A stretch of DNA of 62,440 nucleotides, the filler included, from an uncultured Methanosarcinales archaeon (GTDB lineage Archaea > Nanobdellota > Nanobdellia > Woesearchaeales > B54-G15): NCBI GenBank assembly GCA_964519225.1. It is 6 parts of 6 records of this genome, joined end to end, with 100 filler letters (N's around TTAATTAATTAA, not from the genome) between each part and the next. Parts side by side here need not be neighbours in the genome. Positions count along the whole stretch, not along the records: positions 25,620 to 36,718 come from CAZFJK010000024.1; positions 36,819 to 47,378 come from CAZFJK010000025.1; 4 more parts are not named here. One strand, 5' to 3'. Shown here in pieces: positions 29,099 through 39,097 of the stretch; position 1 is the stretch's first letter; each line of letters opens with the position of its first letter. The notes below the pieces were generated by a model. That model was not told the DNA's origin. It searched no databases and saw nothing but the letters and a program-made list of their open reading frames with translations. The translations under genes and the position numbers were made by a program.

Positions 29099-31960
29099 TT
29101 ACACCTCCAAATGTTTCTGCTTAATCCATCTGTCCTTAAGGAACTTTATTAAGTCTTTGTAAGTTTTATCGTTCTCAATTTCATAGAGGTATTCAAGGGT
29201 TTTGATTACAGGTTCTGAAGACCACAGAGTTTTTTCATCATCGCTTAGGGATTCCTCAAACTTGAAGATTGTTCCCTCTTTCCAGAGATGGTATAGGTAG
29301 TGAACCCTATCAATGGCAGATAACTCTCTTTTTGATTCTATGATCTTCGCTCTCTCCTTTGGTGTCAGGATTAAAAGCTGGCTTCCCTCTTTTTCAACAA
29401 GTCCTGAGTCCAAAACCTCTTTCATTGGAATATTTCTCATTTTTAAAGCTTTGTTCAGGGAATCGTAGGATATGCTCGTTTTTCCAGCCATGTAGAATAG
29501 ATATACCGCCGTTATGGTGTCGGTTTCTGCTGCAACCTGATTGAAGCGGGTGTGCATCAGTTGAGAGTCAACTATTTCTCTGATTGTAGATAATGCCTCA
29601 TCAATGGATACTCTCTTACCGTTCTTATAAACCTCTGGATAGTGCTTAGAGTAGAGTTCAAGGCACTTTCCTATGGTTATGACGAATATATCCTCTTGAG
29701 AGAGATTTCTCTTTCTCGCCTCCAAGCGTTTTATCTCATCCTGAACTTTAAAGTAAATTTCATCTTCTATCTGCGACCAGTATCTTTTTTCTGGCTTTTC
29801 CTTTCGCTTTCTGCAAACAACAACCATGTCATAGCGAACATTTGCTTTCTGAAAGATATGGGTAGATGTGCTTTTTTCTGACTGGACAGGATAAATCGCT
29901 GAGATATAAAAGCCTGCATTTAGAACAGATTGCAAGACCGCTCCCCAAGCTTTCTCTTCCTGATGATGAAACGTGAAGACCATCAAGCCATCGTCTTTCA
30001 ATTTTCTACCTGCCTCTTTGAAAACAGCTGTTAAACCTTCAATAAAATCTTTCTCGTCTTTTTCTTGAACATCATTCACTATTATCTCCGTTGCATTTGG
30101 CACATGCTCGCTTCTGAAGTATTCGTATTTGTCCTTCAATGCTAAGCGAAGCCATGCATAGTAAAATTCGGAGAGTTCAGAATACATCACATTGCCATAA
30201 TAGGGCGGGTCTGTTATCACCGCATCAACGGATTTGTCTGGAATATCAAGGTAAGAAGAATCCCCACAGGTTATCATCACATTTGCATTGTTATTGAATA
30301 CATTGCCAATCTTTCCAATTATCTGCATTTTCATAGGTTTTTCCTGAGTTTTGCCATTTTGGATGTATTTTTCGAAAGTTCTAAGATTGTATTGTTTGCC
30401 AAACAAGACTTTATCAAAAATATGCTCAAAAGTTCCAAGACCATAACCACAGCCCCATGGATTATTCTCTACAGGATTAATAGATGGATGAAAAGCGTGT
30501 TTGCTAAACAGCTCTTTAAGCTTGTTTGCAGCTCTATTATATTCACAAAGCATATTTTGATAGTTTAAATCATCTGAAAAAGTAATCACCAACAACTCTC
30601 TCACATTCTCATCCACATCCAGCTCCAAAATCGCCTTCAAAAGTTTTCCAAGGCTCAAAAGCTGTCTTTCATTGAACATATCTTTCCAGTATTTGTAGCC
30701 GTGATTTTCAATAAGTCTTGGATAAGTTTCCTGACCTTTGGGAATCTCAGTATCCGGTATATACTTCCCAAGCCACTCTTTCTCCACACCCTTAAATTCT
30801 TCTCTTGCTTTTTCAAAAAGAGTGAAATCAAACTCCTCTGCCTGCTTGTAATCCTTCCTTTCACAATGTGGGCAGTAATACTCAACAGCATAAAGTCTCT
30901 CTTCTGGCTTCCCCGTCTTCTTAATCGCCTCTACAATCACATTTTTTTGTCCACAATCTGGATTTGTGCAGAAGAAAAACTTGTCAATTACATTTTGGAT
31001 AGGTTTTATCTCAGGACTTTTGCACTTAGGACATTTTGTTTTATTACCGATACTTTTCACTTTGAATTTATGACCACATCTCAAACACTGCGTATTTTTT
31101 TCTGGATTAAATATGGTTTCACATCTGGAACATTTTGCGTCTGCCTCGCTATCCTTAACAACAAAAATATTTCCGCATTTGGGACAAATCACATGATAAC
31201 CCTTCCCATCCCTTGTTTTTGCTAGCATATAGCCTCTGAAAAGCGAGACTTTGGTTCCACAGGCAAGGCAGGGAACTTCCTTTATCCAGAAAGAATACAT
31301 TATATCAGCAAAGATGTTTCTCTTACCATCAATCTTTGACCTATCTTCAAACCAGTACTGCTCATAAACTTCCCTTGGATCATCTGCGTTCTTTAATTTC
31401 TCAATCACTTCTTTTAAAACATCCTCAGGTTCTCTGTTATGAATCTTTGCGTATTCTTCTAAACAATGCGGGCATATAGTCTTGTAGTATTTTTTTATTT
31501 CGTCAGTGATTTGATTTTCCAACATCCCAAATGCTTTCTTTAACTCCTCAATATCTACCGGCTCCACAATCTTCTTAACCAAAAACCATGCAACTGGATT
31601 CAAATCCTGAGCAACAACCTTACAACCCGTCCTTAATGCTTCAACAACAGTAGTTCCACCACCCATCATGGGATCAAGAACAATTTTCTCGCCAAAATCA
31701 ACATCTTTGAGATACAAAAGCCAGGGATTTTTCAGCTCCTCTTTTGTTATCTTTCGCCATTTACCTGTTCTTTCATCAAAAACTCTGGTATTTTCATCAA
31801 CAAGAGTATAGAGAACAATTGTCCTGAATACACTTCCAAGCCTTCTCGCCCACCATTTGTGGATAAAAAGCACGGGTCTATACTTTTCTTTTGCATGAGC
31901 TTCCCTTTCTGCAATCTCATTTACATCCTCTATGGGAAAATCTTTTTCAATAGGCTTCAT
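29099..31960 (-). CDS. Zn-ribbon-containing adenine DNA methylase (DUF1156/COG1743 type)
   Basis: IHKWWARR, VLDPMMGGGTT, multiple CxxC, VITDPPYY, FTFHH. Confidence 0.9.
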   Translation of the reverse strand: MKPIEKDFPIEDVNEIAEREAHAKEKYRPVLFIHKWWARRLGSVFRTIVLYTLVDENTRVFDERTGKWRKITKEELKNPWLLYLKDVDFGEKIVLDPMMGGGTTVVEALRTGCKVVAQDLNPVAWFLVKKIVEPVDIEELKKAFGMLENQITDEIKKYYKTICPHCLEEYAKIHNREPEDVLKEVIEKLKNADDPREVYEQYWFEDRSKIDGKRNIFADIMYSFWIKEVPCLACGTKVSLFRGYMLAKTRDGKGYHVICPKCGNIFVVKDSEADAKCSRCETIFNPEKNTQCLRCGHKFKVKSIGNKTKCPKCKSPEIKPIQNVIDKFFFCTNPDCGQKNVIVEAIKKTGKPEERLYAVEYYCPHCERKDYKQAEEFDFTLFEKAREEFKGVEKEWLGKYIPDTEIPKGQETYPRLIENHGYKYWKDMFNERQLLSLGKLLKAILELDVDENVRELLVITFSDDLNYQNMLCEYNRAANKLKELFSKHAFHPSINPVENNPWGCGYGLGTFEHIFDKVLFGKQYNLRTFEKYIQNGKTQEKPMKMQIIGKIGNVFNNNANVMITCGDSSYLDIPDKSVDAVITDPPYYGNVMYSELSEFYYAWLRLALKDKYEYFRSEHVPNATEIIVNDVQEKDEKDFIEGLTAVFKEAGRKLKDDGLMVFTFHHQEEKAWGAVLQSVLNAGFYISAIYPVQSEKSTSTHIFQKANVRYDMVVVCRKRKEKPEKRYWSQIEDEIYFKVQDEIKRLEARKRNLSQEDIFVITIGKCLELYSKHYPEVYKNGKRVSIDEALSTIREIVDSQLMHTRFNQVAAETDTITAVYLFYMAGKTSISYDSLNKALKMRNIPMKEVLDSGLVEKEGSQLLILTPKERAKIIESKRELSAIDRVHYLYHLWKEGTIFKFEESLSDDEKTLWSSEPVIKTLEYLYEIENDKTYKDLIKFLKDRWIKQKHLEV

Positions 31961-33900
31961 GATCCATCCCCTTTACTTGGATTAAGTAATGCCATTTCAT
32001 ACAAAAATTGAGATGGCTCCACCGGTTGCTGCAGTCCTGAGCGGGTAGACTTAAAATCAACATAACTTATGAACAACTTTTTCTTAGTCCTTGTAATTGC
32101 TACAAAGCAATTTCTCCTTTCTTCTTCCAATTCTCTTATATCGCCTTTTTCAGCTTTTCTAATTGCTCTATAATCAGGCCAGACACCTTGATTGAGAGAT
32201 ATAATAAATACATAATCAAACTCTAATCCTTTGGAGGCATGCCCTGTTAAAATTGCCACACCTTTTCCTTCTCTTTTAGACGACATAGCAAGAAAATTCA
32301 AAAACTCACCCAAATCGTCGGTCTTATGCTGCTTTTTAAAGTCCTTATACAGACTTTCAACAAATTCTATATCCTCTAAAATCTCCTCAGAATTCTGTTT
32401 TTTGATAACTTCAAACATTTGATTAAGATAATCTTTCAGATTGCCGTTTTCATCTTTTTCTAAAACAAGAGCAAGTTCAGCATTTATTTTTTTGAGATTT
32501 TCTATGGCTATATCAAAGAGAGTAATATCTGGGGTTTCTACCAAGTCTTCGTAATCCAAACCGAGATTTTCACATATTCTGTAGAACGAAATTTTATTGT
32601 TTCTATTAACCTTCAATTTAAGAAAGTCAAGAACGAGGTTAATGTCTTTACTTATAATTTTTTCCTGTAGCATTGGAACGTAATATGGTATGTTCTCCTC
32701 ATCTAATTTTTTTATTACCTCATTTAGAACATATCTATTCCTGGCTATAACACAAAATTTGTTATTTTGATGTACAGGTATCCATTCAATTTCTTGAGAA
32801 ATTTCTTTTATTTTGTTTACAATAAATTTAGCTTCTTCTGATTGGGTCTGAAAATTATTCAATTCAACTACCTTTTTATCTGTATTGATTTCTTTAGTGG
32901 AACGAATAGGTTCCTTTCCACTTAATCTAAATTTGTTATGGCTTATTAAATTATTAGCGATTTTCAAAATTTCCGAAGGGCATCTAAAACTTTCATAAAG
33001 TTGAATAACTTCCATATTGTAATATTCTTTGAGCTCAACGAGATATTCAAATTTAGCATCATTCCATTCAAATATCAGTTGATCTTCATCTGCTACTATA
33101 AAGAGGTTAGGACATTCTTTATCACATAGAAGCTTTATAAGCTCTAACTGTGCCTTGTTTGTATCCTGTCCCTCATCTATCAATATATGCCTGTAAACCC
33201 TTCTTTGGAGAGCAGCCACAAAGGGGTTTTCCTTAAGCAAACGAACAGCATAATAAAGAAGGTCGGAAAAATCTAATACATTGTTTTTCTTTAAGGTTTG
33301 GTGGTATAAATCAAAAATAAAGATAAAATCTTCAGAATATCTCCCTTTTAAAAGTCCATTTTTTAATTCTTTTGGACCAATAAGCTTGTTTTTCAACTTC
33401 CTATAAGCATAGTAAAATCCGGGTATTGTATTTTCTATTATCCTTGTATTTGCATACTTCTCTATGAGGATAGGGGTTTCTTTTCCCTGTATTTCTTTTA
33501 ACACTCTTTCTTTAACGGCATCAATCAGAAGAGCTATTAAGTCTTCGTGATTGTTAAATATTACGAAGTCGGAATTTAACCCTACATATTCTCCATAAGC
33601 CCTGAGCAGATCGTGACAATAGCTATGAAATGTCCCAATGTAAGTTCTTTTAATCTGTTCATCGACAAGCGATTCAACTCTTTCCCTCATCTCTTTAGCA
33701 GCCTTATTCGTGAAAGTTAGGGCGAGGATTTTAAATTTCTCTTTAGGCGTTTTGCTTAAAATGTAAGCAATTCTTAAGGTTAAAACCCTTGTTTTTCCTG
33801 CGCCTGGTCCTGCAAGGACAAGAAGAGGACCTTTTGAATATGTAACGGCTTTTCTTTGTTGTGGTGTTAGATTATTTAAAAATTTGTTTGTTGATTTCAT
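31957..33900 (-). CDS. UvrD/Rep-family helicase (GajB-like)
   Basis: LTPQQ, AGPGAGKT, TFTNKAA, TFHS, DEGQD, H.SKGLEF and EEERR..FVAITR motifs. Confidence 0.92.
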   Translation of the reverse strand: MKSTNKFLNNLTPQQRKAVTYSKGPLLVLAGPGAGKTRVLTLRIAYILSKTPKEKFKILALTFTNKAAKEMRERVESLVDEQIKRTYIGTFHSYCHDLLRAYGEYVGLNSDFVIFNNHEDLIALLIDAVKERVLKEIQGKETPILIEKYANTRIIENTIPGFYYAYRKLKNKLIGPKELKNGLLKGRYSEDFIFIFDLYHQTLKKNNVLDFSDLLYYAVRLLKENPFVAALQRRVYRHILIDEGQDTNKAQLELIKLLCDKECPNLFIVADEDQLIFEWNDAKFEYLVELKEYYNMEVIQLYESFRCPSEILKIANNLISHNKFRLSGKEPIRSTKEINTDKKVVELNNFQTQSEEAKFIVNKIKEISQEIEWIPVHQNNKFCVIARNRYVLNEVIKKLDEENIPYYVPMLQEKIISKDINLVLDFLKLKVNRNNKISFYRICENLGLDYEDLVETPDITLFDIAIENLKKINAELALVLEKDENGNLKDYLNQMFEVIKKQNSEEILEDIEFVESLYKDFKKQHKTDDLGEFLNFLAMSSKREGKGVAILTGHASKGLEFDYVFIISLNQGVWPDYRAIRKAEKGDIRELEEERRNCFVAITRTKKKLFISYVDFKSTRSGLQQPVEPSQFLYEMALLNPSKGDGS

Positions 33901-35690
33901 AATATCCCCACTTCTTTCTTAAGCCTATCAAGAAGATTTTTTATAATTTTAGGCAGGTCTAAATTATGCTCTATAATATGTTCTGCTAATGCTTCCGAAA
34001 ACAGAATTTTATATTCTGTTTGATCTAAAAATTTATCAAGAAGCTCGTTCGCAGACGAACTTCTGTTATCTGGTTGATTCTTATATTTTGACCATAAAGA
34101 ATTCAGTCTGTCGTGCTGGGTTATTATCTCAAGAATTTTATCTTTACCGTAAGAATGAACCATGTATTTTTCAAAATCCATTCCCGAGGGCATATAAAAA
34201 ACATTGTCATTATCTAGATTGTAGTCTGTGTTAGAGAGTATGTTTTTCACTTCATTAATTCCATCTCCATCAGAAAGTAATAACCACTTTATATTAAAGG
34301 CGTGAGGATGAGCAATCTTAAGAAACGGAGCATAAGTTTTGCCGTTACATGGTATTATAGTAATTCCTAATTCTCCAGGGGTTCTCTTTAAATAATATGG
34401 AATAATTCTTTCCAGAAAAATCTTTTCTGTATCTCCTTCACAAAGTAAAAACAAAGAAGCAAAGAAAAGTTCAGGATTTCGGTATTGGACAAATCTTTTA
34501 ATTTTTAATTCCTCTTCTTTATTCAGGAACCTGTTGTGCTCATAAGCTTGTTCAGGAAGACCGTATTTAAATCGAAAGTTCTTTTTAAACTTGGGAATCT
34601 TAGATAACTTCGTAATTCCGTTATCTAAACGAAATACTACATAATCATAAATATCCGCCTGCTCCACGATATACGGGGAATGGGTACTTATTATTTTCTG
34701 ACCTTTTATTTGTGAAATCTGATGGAAAAGAGCCCTCTGAACATGAGGATGAACATGGGCTTCAGGTTCTTCAATTCCAATGATTGCTGTTGCTTCTTCA
34801 TTTTCAAGTATCTTGGGAAGTAATATTTCAAGATATGCAGAAAATACAAGTAGAACAACGATATTCTGTGTTCCAGCCCCATGTTTTGCTATAGGTAGTG
34901 ATAAACTTGTGTTGGGCAATTTTAGATAAATATTCAAGTCATCAAGAATTTCCCAGCTTCTGCGAGCAAAAGCTTGAAGAGAGATTGCATCTTGTGTGAT
35001 TTTAATACTCCTTTCAAGATTTTTTAATTTTGTCTTAAGTTGTTCAATTGTTTCATTGTCTGAAAGCACAATATTATCTATTTTACGAAGTAGCTCTTCT
35101 ATTTGGTCTTTCTTGTCCGAATAATCAATAATTGATTTTATTCTTCCCCAAAATGACCCTTTTGTTTTTATTTCTTTATTAATATCCCTTAATGCAGGTA
35201 TGTAGAAGAATGGGAAAAAACTTAAATGATCTTTTTTAACTTCTGAATTTCTTGCAAGTTTCTTGTTGTTTTCATCAACAAAATATCTATCTTCTGTAAA
35301 TTTACCTTTTTCTTTGTCAAATCTACATTCATAACAGATACGGAAAAATTTAATTGGGTTATCTTGACATTGTGCTTTATCAAATCTTATGACTTTATCG
35401 AAAGTACTTACAATATTGTCCGAAAATCTTTCATCTGGGGTTTCCCTGAATTCTACAACTATTTTTAAAGGTCCTGCAGTTTTGGGGTCAAAATCTTTCC
35501 CTTCCGCATAAAAGTCGTCCTCATTGGGCGTCATTCTCCTTTCCCAGCCGATTGCCAGATTTAATGCATGCAAAAAGGATGTTTTCCCTGCGTTATTAGG
35601 ACCAATTAATACATTGATATTTTTTGATAGTTCGACACTCGTGTTTTTATGACTTCGAAAATTATATATTTCAACTTTATGTATGTGCAT
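33897..35690 (-). CDS. OLD-family ATP-dependent nuclease (ABC ATPase + TOPRIM; GajA-like)
   Basis: NFRS, GPNNAGKT, GAGTQ signature, IEEPEAHVHP, STHSP; TOPRIM CEGDTE and DGD. Confidence 0.9.
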   Translation of the reverse strand: MHIHKVEIYNFRSHKNTSVELSKNINVLIGPNNAGKTSFLHALNLAIGWERRMTPNEDDFYAEGKDFDPKTAGPLKIVVEFRETPDERFSDNIVSTFDKVIRFDKAQCQDNPIKFFRICYECRFDKEKGKFTEDRYFVDENNKKLARNSEVKKDHLSFFPFFYIPALRDINKEIKTKGSFWGRIKSIIDYSDKKDQIEELLRKIDNIVLSDNETIEQLKTKLKNLERSIKITQDAISLQAFARRSWEILDDLNIYLKLPNTSLSLPIAKHGAGTQNIVVLLVFSAYLEILLPKILENEEATAIIGIEEPEAHVHPHVQRALFHQISQIKGQKIISTHSPYIVEQADIYDYVVFRLDNGITKLSKIPKFKKNFRFKYGLPEQAYEHNRFLNKEEELKIKRFVQYRNPELFFASLFLLCEGDTEKIFLERIIPYYLKRTPGELGITIIPCNGKTYAPFLKIAHPHAFNIKWLLLSDGDGINEVKNILSNTDYNLDNDNVFYMPSGMDFEKYMVHSYGKDKILEIITQHDRLNSLWSKYKNQPDNRSSSANELLDKFLDQTEYKILFSEALAEHIIEHNLDLPKIIKNLLDRLKKEVGIL

Positions 35691-36585
35691 ACTTCTCCAC
35701 CTCCAGCACGGGAACAAAACATTCCATCAGACTCAAACCACCGTGTATATAAATGCTATATTTTCCAGGAACAGGCCACAGATAGCGGGATTTTGTTATA
35801 TAGTATCCATTGAATTCCTTTACATATCCCTCCTTTATTAAGTCTTCAACATCAAGGTTGTCCATTTCCACATATCTTTTGCTGCCAAAAATCTGCTGAA
35901 ATTTTCTCTTTGCTTTTTCAGATACAGGAAAAACAAAACCCGCCTCTGTCCTTATATATCCATGGTCCGATGTAATGATTATCCTCTCTGACTTCAATTT
36001 TGATAAAATTTCAAGAACAATTTTTTCCACAATTTTATACAACTCTTCAAGCGATGAAATTACAGTGTGTCCGGTTTTTATTTTATCCAGCATTACATCC
36101 GGGAAATAAGACCAGATGTATCTCTCATCGCTTGTGAGCCTTATATTTTCGGGATTGCTTATCTGTGAAAAATCACTCATGGATTTCTTTATTTTCCCTC
36201 TAAAAAATTCGGTATCCGAAGGTACAGCAGAAAAGTTAAGTTCATGTTTTACATCGTATCCTTTGCTTTTCAAAGATTTATATAGTAAAGCACTTTCCCT
36301 AATGCTCATTCCATCCATGATTACAATGGCAGCATCTGGATATAGTTGGAAAACATCTTTTTCCTCTAAAGATGCTTTTGCAAACAGGGAATAAAATTCC
36401 CAGTAAGATTTCAAAATGAACTCTTCAAAATCTCTTACTTCCTCCTCGCCTTTGTAATAATAATCTCCAATCTTATTACCCTTTTCAGCTTCATTTAACC
36501 ATATTTTTAAGAGTCTCTCTCCTACTGATTGGACAGGGTCATTACTTTCAATGAGTTCCATTATGAAATCAGTTTCAATTCTCAT
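35677..36585 (-). CDS. PglZ-like alkaline-phosphatase-fold protein
   Basis: IVIMDGMSIRE, PSDT, ITSDHGY and HGGLSLMECFVP motifs; SD GGAGG. Confidence 0.8.
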   Translation of the reverse strand: MRIETDFIMELIESNDPVQSVGERLLKIWLNEAEKGNKIGDYYYKGEEEVRDFEEFILKSYWEFYSLFAKASLEEKDVFQLYPDAAIVIMDGMSIRESALLYKSLKSKGYDVKHELNFSAVPSDTEFFRGKIKKSMSDFSQISNPENIRLTSDERYIWSYFPDVMLDKIKTGHTVISSLEELYKIVEKIVLEILSKLKSERIIITSDHGYIRTEAGFVFPVSEKAKRKFQQIFGSKRYVEMDNLDVEDLIKEGYVKEFNGYYITKSRYLWPVPGKYSIYIHGGLSLMECFVPVLEVEKYAHT

Positions 36586-36718
36586 CTTTTTCCCTCCATA
36601 ATATGACTTCTGCCTCAATTTCACTTTCTTCTTGATGAGGAAGTTGCTTGACAAATTTCATAATTTCCTGTTTGGAAAGTTTCTGTTTGAACTTATATTT
36701 TACAGAAATTTCTTCAAA
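36575..36718 (-). CDS. C-terminal fragment of the upstream operon gene (identity not visible)
   Basis: Open frame FEEISVKYKFKQKLSKQEIMKFVKQLPHQEESEIEAEVILWREKDEN* overlapping the PglZ start. Confidence 0.6.
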   Translation of the reverse strand, partial: FEEISVKYKFKQKLSKQEIMKFVKQLPHQEESEIEAEVILWREKDEN

Positions 36719-36818
36719 NNNNNNNNNNNNNNNNNNNNNNNNNNNNNNNNNNNNNNNNNNNNTTAATTAATTAANNNNNNNNNNNNNNNNNNNNNNNNNN
36801 NNNNNNNNNNNNNNNNNN
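36719..36818. other. Artificial contig linker
   Basis: N44-TTAATTAATTAA-N44. Confidence 0.98.
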
Positions 36819-37024
36819 TAACTCTTCTTAAACCTTCCAACAGCATCAATCAAATCAACATGTCCCATGAATAAAGCTCTGCAACAATATCTCTTTAAAC
36901 CCAGATCGTCCAGAACCTTTTTTCTGCTTTCACCAGCCTCAACTCTGCGCTTAAATTCTTCCCATAAATGAGCAACAGGCTTTCCACAGCTGAAACAGCG
37001 AATCGCGATAATGATTTTAATCAC
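36819..37024 (-). CDS. rpoN: RNA polymerase subunit Rpo10 (N)
   Basis: IRCFSCGK...LDDLGLKRYCCR. Start is either GTG 37024 or ATC 37015; the stop is cut by the linker. Confidence 0.95.
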
Positions 37025-37109
37025 CCCTGCTTATCACCCTTGCTTATCCAATCTAAACCAGCAGCAGTTACTTTGTATTTAAAGCTTTCGCCAATTGGGG
37101 CTTATCATA

Positions 37110-37457
37110 TCAACCCAAAATAGAATCCAGTATTTTAATAACCTCTTCAAATTTCTTCTTTTTTAGCTTTCCTATTTTTTTAAGAATGAGTTTTTTATCT
37201 ATTTTAAGTATATTTTCAACTTTTATACAACACTTACACAATAGTTTTCCTTCTTCCAAATCATCATTGCTAATACTTATTGAGTACAGATCTTTATAAA
37301 TATTTGATGTTACTCCAACAACAATTACATCTTGAGAACTAACATTAAATCTATCATTGCTAATGACAACAACAGGTCTAACCTTTTTACCTGATTGATC
37401 AGAAAATGGAAATGGTATTAAGCATATTTCTCTTTGTTTTATAGATGCTTTTTCCAT
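37110..37457 (-). CDS. PemK/MazF-family toxin
   Basis: ICLIPFPFSD..G.K.RPVVVISND.FN...DVIV..VTS. Confidence 0.88.
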   Translation of the reverse strand: MEKASIKQREICLIPFPFSDQSGKKVRPVVVISNDRFNVSSQDVIVVGVTSNIYKDLYSISISNDDLEEGKLLCKCCIKVENILKIDKKLILKKIGKLKKKKFEEVIKILDSILG

Positions 37458-37666
37458 ATTTCCTTGTCTTTTTTATTCTCCCATAATTTTTTCAATGAGC
37501 TCTCAGCTAAAGCCATCCATCCAAACTTTTCTTTGGATAATGATTCTAATTTAGAAATAATTAATTGTCTTACAAATTCTGATTTTGATATATGGTATTT
37601 ATTTTTCAGGAGATCATCAAGTTTTTTTGCTTGCTCATCCGGTAATTTAATTGTTATTGTTTTCAT
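37439..37666 (-). CDS. Ribbon-helix-helix antitoxin
   Basis: MKTITIKLP...LD.L......SKSEFVR; overlaps the toxin start. Confidence 0.82.
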   Translation of the reverse strand: MKTITIKLPDEQAKKLDDLLKNKYHISKSEFVRQLIISKLESLSKEKFGWMALAESSLKKLWENKKDKEIWKKHL

Positions 37667-37780
37667 AGTAATCCCTCCGTATTACTTATATTTAAGCTTT
37701 TCTACCAAAATCAAACCCTGAACTTTAAGATAAAAAAGTAAATGCAACGTGTATAGAATTTCGCAAAAAGAGTATTTGTT

Positions 37781-38179
37781 CTACCTATAACTCTTCTGCC
37801 TTTTAGCTCTTGCGCTTTTGCTGTTTCCTGGCTTATGCGGTTCTTTTCGTCTTACATCAGCAACCAACAAATGCCTGTCGTAATTCAAAAATACCTTTTC
37901 AAGTTTCTTGCTGTACTTTGCCAATGCTCTTGCTATTGCGAGCCTTACTGCTTCAGCCCTTGCCATAAATCCACCGCCGCGTACATTAACATCAATATCG
38001 ACCTTCTTTGCAACATCACCTGCAAGAATCAATGGCTCGCTGATAAAAGTCCTAACCAATTCAGGCTGAACAGTATCAAGTAACATGCTATTTATCCTAA
38101 CAACACCCTTTCCTTTATCATAAAGCGTAGCTCTCGCAATAGCACTCTTTCTCTTTCCGCTTGTATGTATAATCTTCAT
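37781..38179 (-). CDS. rps9: Ribosomal protein uS9
   Basis: GKRKSAIARA, V.GGG, DRHLLVAD.RRKE and QKSYR motifs. Confidence 0.96.
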   Translation of the reverse strand: MKIIHTSGKRKSAIARATLYDKGKGVVRINSMLLDTVQPELVRTFISEPLILAGDVAKKVDIDVNVRGGGFMARAEAVRLAIARALAKYSKKLEKVFLNYDRHLLVADVRRKEPHKPGNSKSARAKRQKSYR

Positions 38180-38595
38180 TTTCCTTTCCAGCCAATCTCT
38201 TTGCACAAATCACCGAGCTTGATAAATTTTATTGTTTTAAGCTTGCTTGCATCAGCTTCCTTTATCTTAACACTCTTTTTATCTTTAAATTCATCGGGAA
38301 CACCAACATAGCACATGACCCTTTTAAAAGCAGCCCTGCCTCTTGCGGTTTTCCTAGGAAGCATTCCTCTTATCATTCTTCTCAAAACCCTATCTGGCTT
38401 ACTCGGATAAAAAGGACCTTTATAAGGATGTCCTCGTAATCGCCTTTCCTTGAACTTTTCAATAATCCATCTTTTATTTCCACTAATCACAGCTTTCTCG
38501 CTATTCACAACAACGATATTTTCACCTAACAAAGCCTTTTTAGCTACAACGCTTGCAAGCCTTCCAGCAATAGCATTCGTTGCATCAACTATCAT
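38176..38595 (-). CDS. rpl13: Ribosomal protein uL13
   Basis: GRLASVVAK, RR.IRGMLP.K. Confidence 0.96.
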   Translation of the reverse strand: MIVDATNAIAGRLASVVAKKALLGENIVVVNSEKAVISGNKRWIIEKFKERRLRGHPYKGPFYPSKPDRVLRRMIRGMLPRKTARGRAAFKRVMCYVGVPDEFKDKKSVKIKEADASKLKTIKFIKLGDLCKEIGWKGK

Positions 38596-38596
38596 T

Positions 38597-38956
38597 TTAA
38601 CCAAGCAACCTCACATTACTTCCTTTTGGATTTTTTTCAAGCAGCTCCCTTATGCCGATTGCTTTTCCAACCTTGTTTATCTTTTCAATCGCCTGACTTG
38701 AAAAATCAAAGGCAGCAACAGTAACCTTTTTTCTCAACTCGCCAATACCCAAAACCTTTCCAGGAACAACCACTGTTTCATTATCTTTTGCATATTTCTC
38801 AATCTTGTAAACATTCACAATCCTTCTCTGCCTGCTCGGCTTTGCAAGATCTTCAGCAACCCTTTTCCAGATAGGAGCATTATTTTTATAGCTAGCTCTA
38901 CGCAAATCATCAATCAACTTCCTCAGCTCCAATCTCATCGGTCCTGTTCTCTTCAT
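38597..38956 (-). CDS. rpl18e: Ribosomal protein eL18
   Basis: IWKRVAE.L.KP.R.R, VVPGKVLG.G, NPKGS. Confidence 0.96.
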   Translation of the reverse strand: MKRTGPMRLELRKLIDDLRRASYKNNAPIWKRVAEDLAKPSRQRRIVNVYKIEKYAKDNETVVVPGKVLGIGELRKKVTVAAFDFSSQAIEKINKVGKAIGIRELLEKNPKGSNVRLLG

Positions 38957-38961
38957 TTTTA

Positions 38962-39097
38962 TGCGGGGGGTGGGATTCGAACCCACGAAGGCGCTAAGCC
39001 AGCGGATGTCTCACCTGCCCTCAAGCAGGCAGACAGTTCCAGCAAAACACTGGCTAAGTCTTGAGTCCGCCCCCTTTGACCACTCGGGAACCCCCGC
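38962..39097 (-). tRNA. tRNA-Leu(CAA) with 52-nt intron at 37/38 (39008-39059)
   Basis: Cloverleaf with long variable arm; BHB with CTCA/TGAG central helix and bulges AG^A and AC^A. Confidence 0.95.

Noticed and set aside
36575..37024. Linkage of the BREX-like operon to the ribosomal operon (and of the RM genes across 47379)
   Set aside because: Separated by artificial linkers, so the adjacency is not real.
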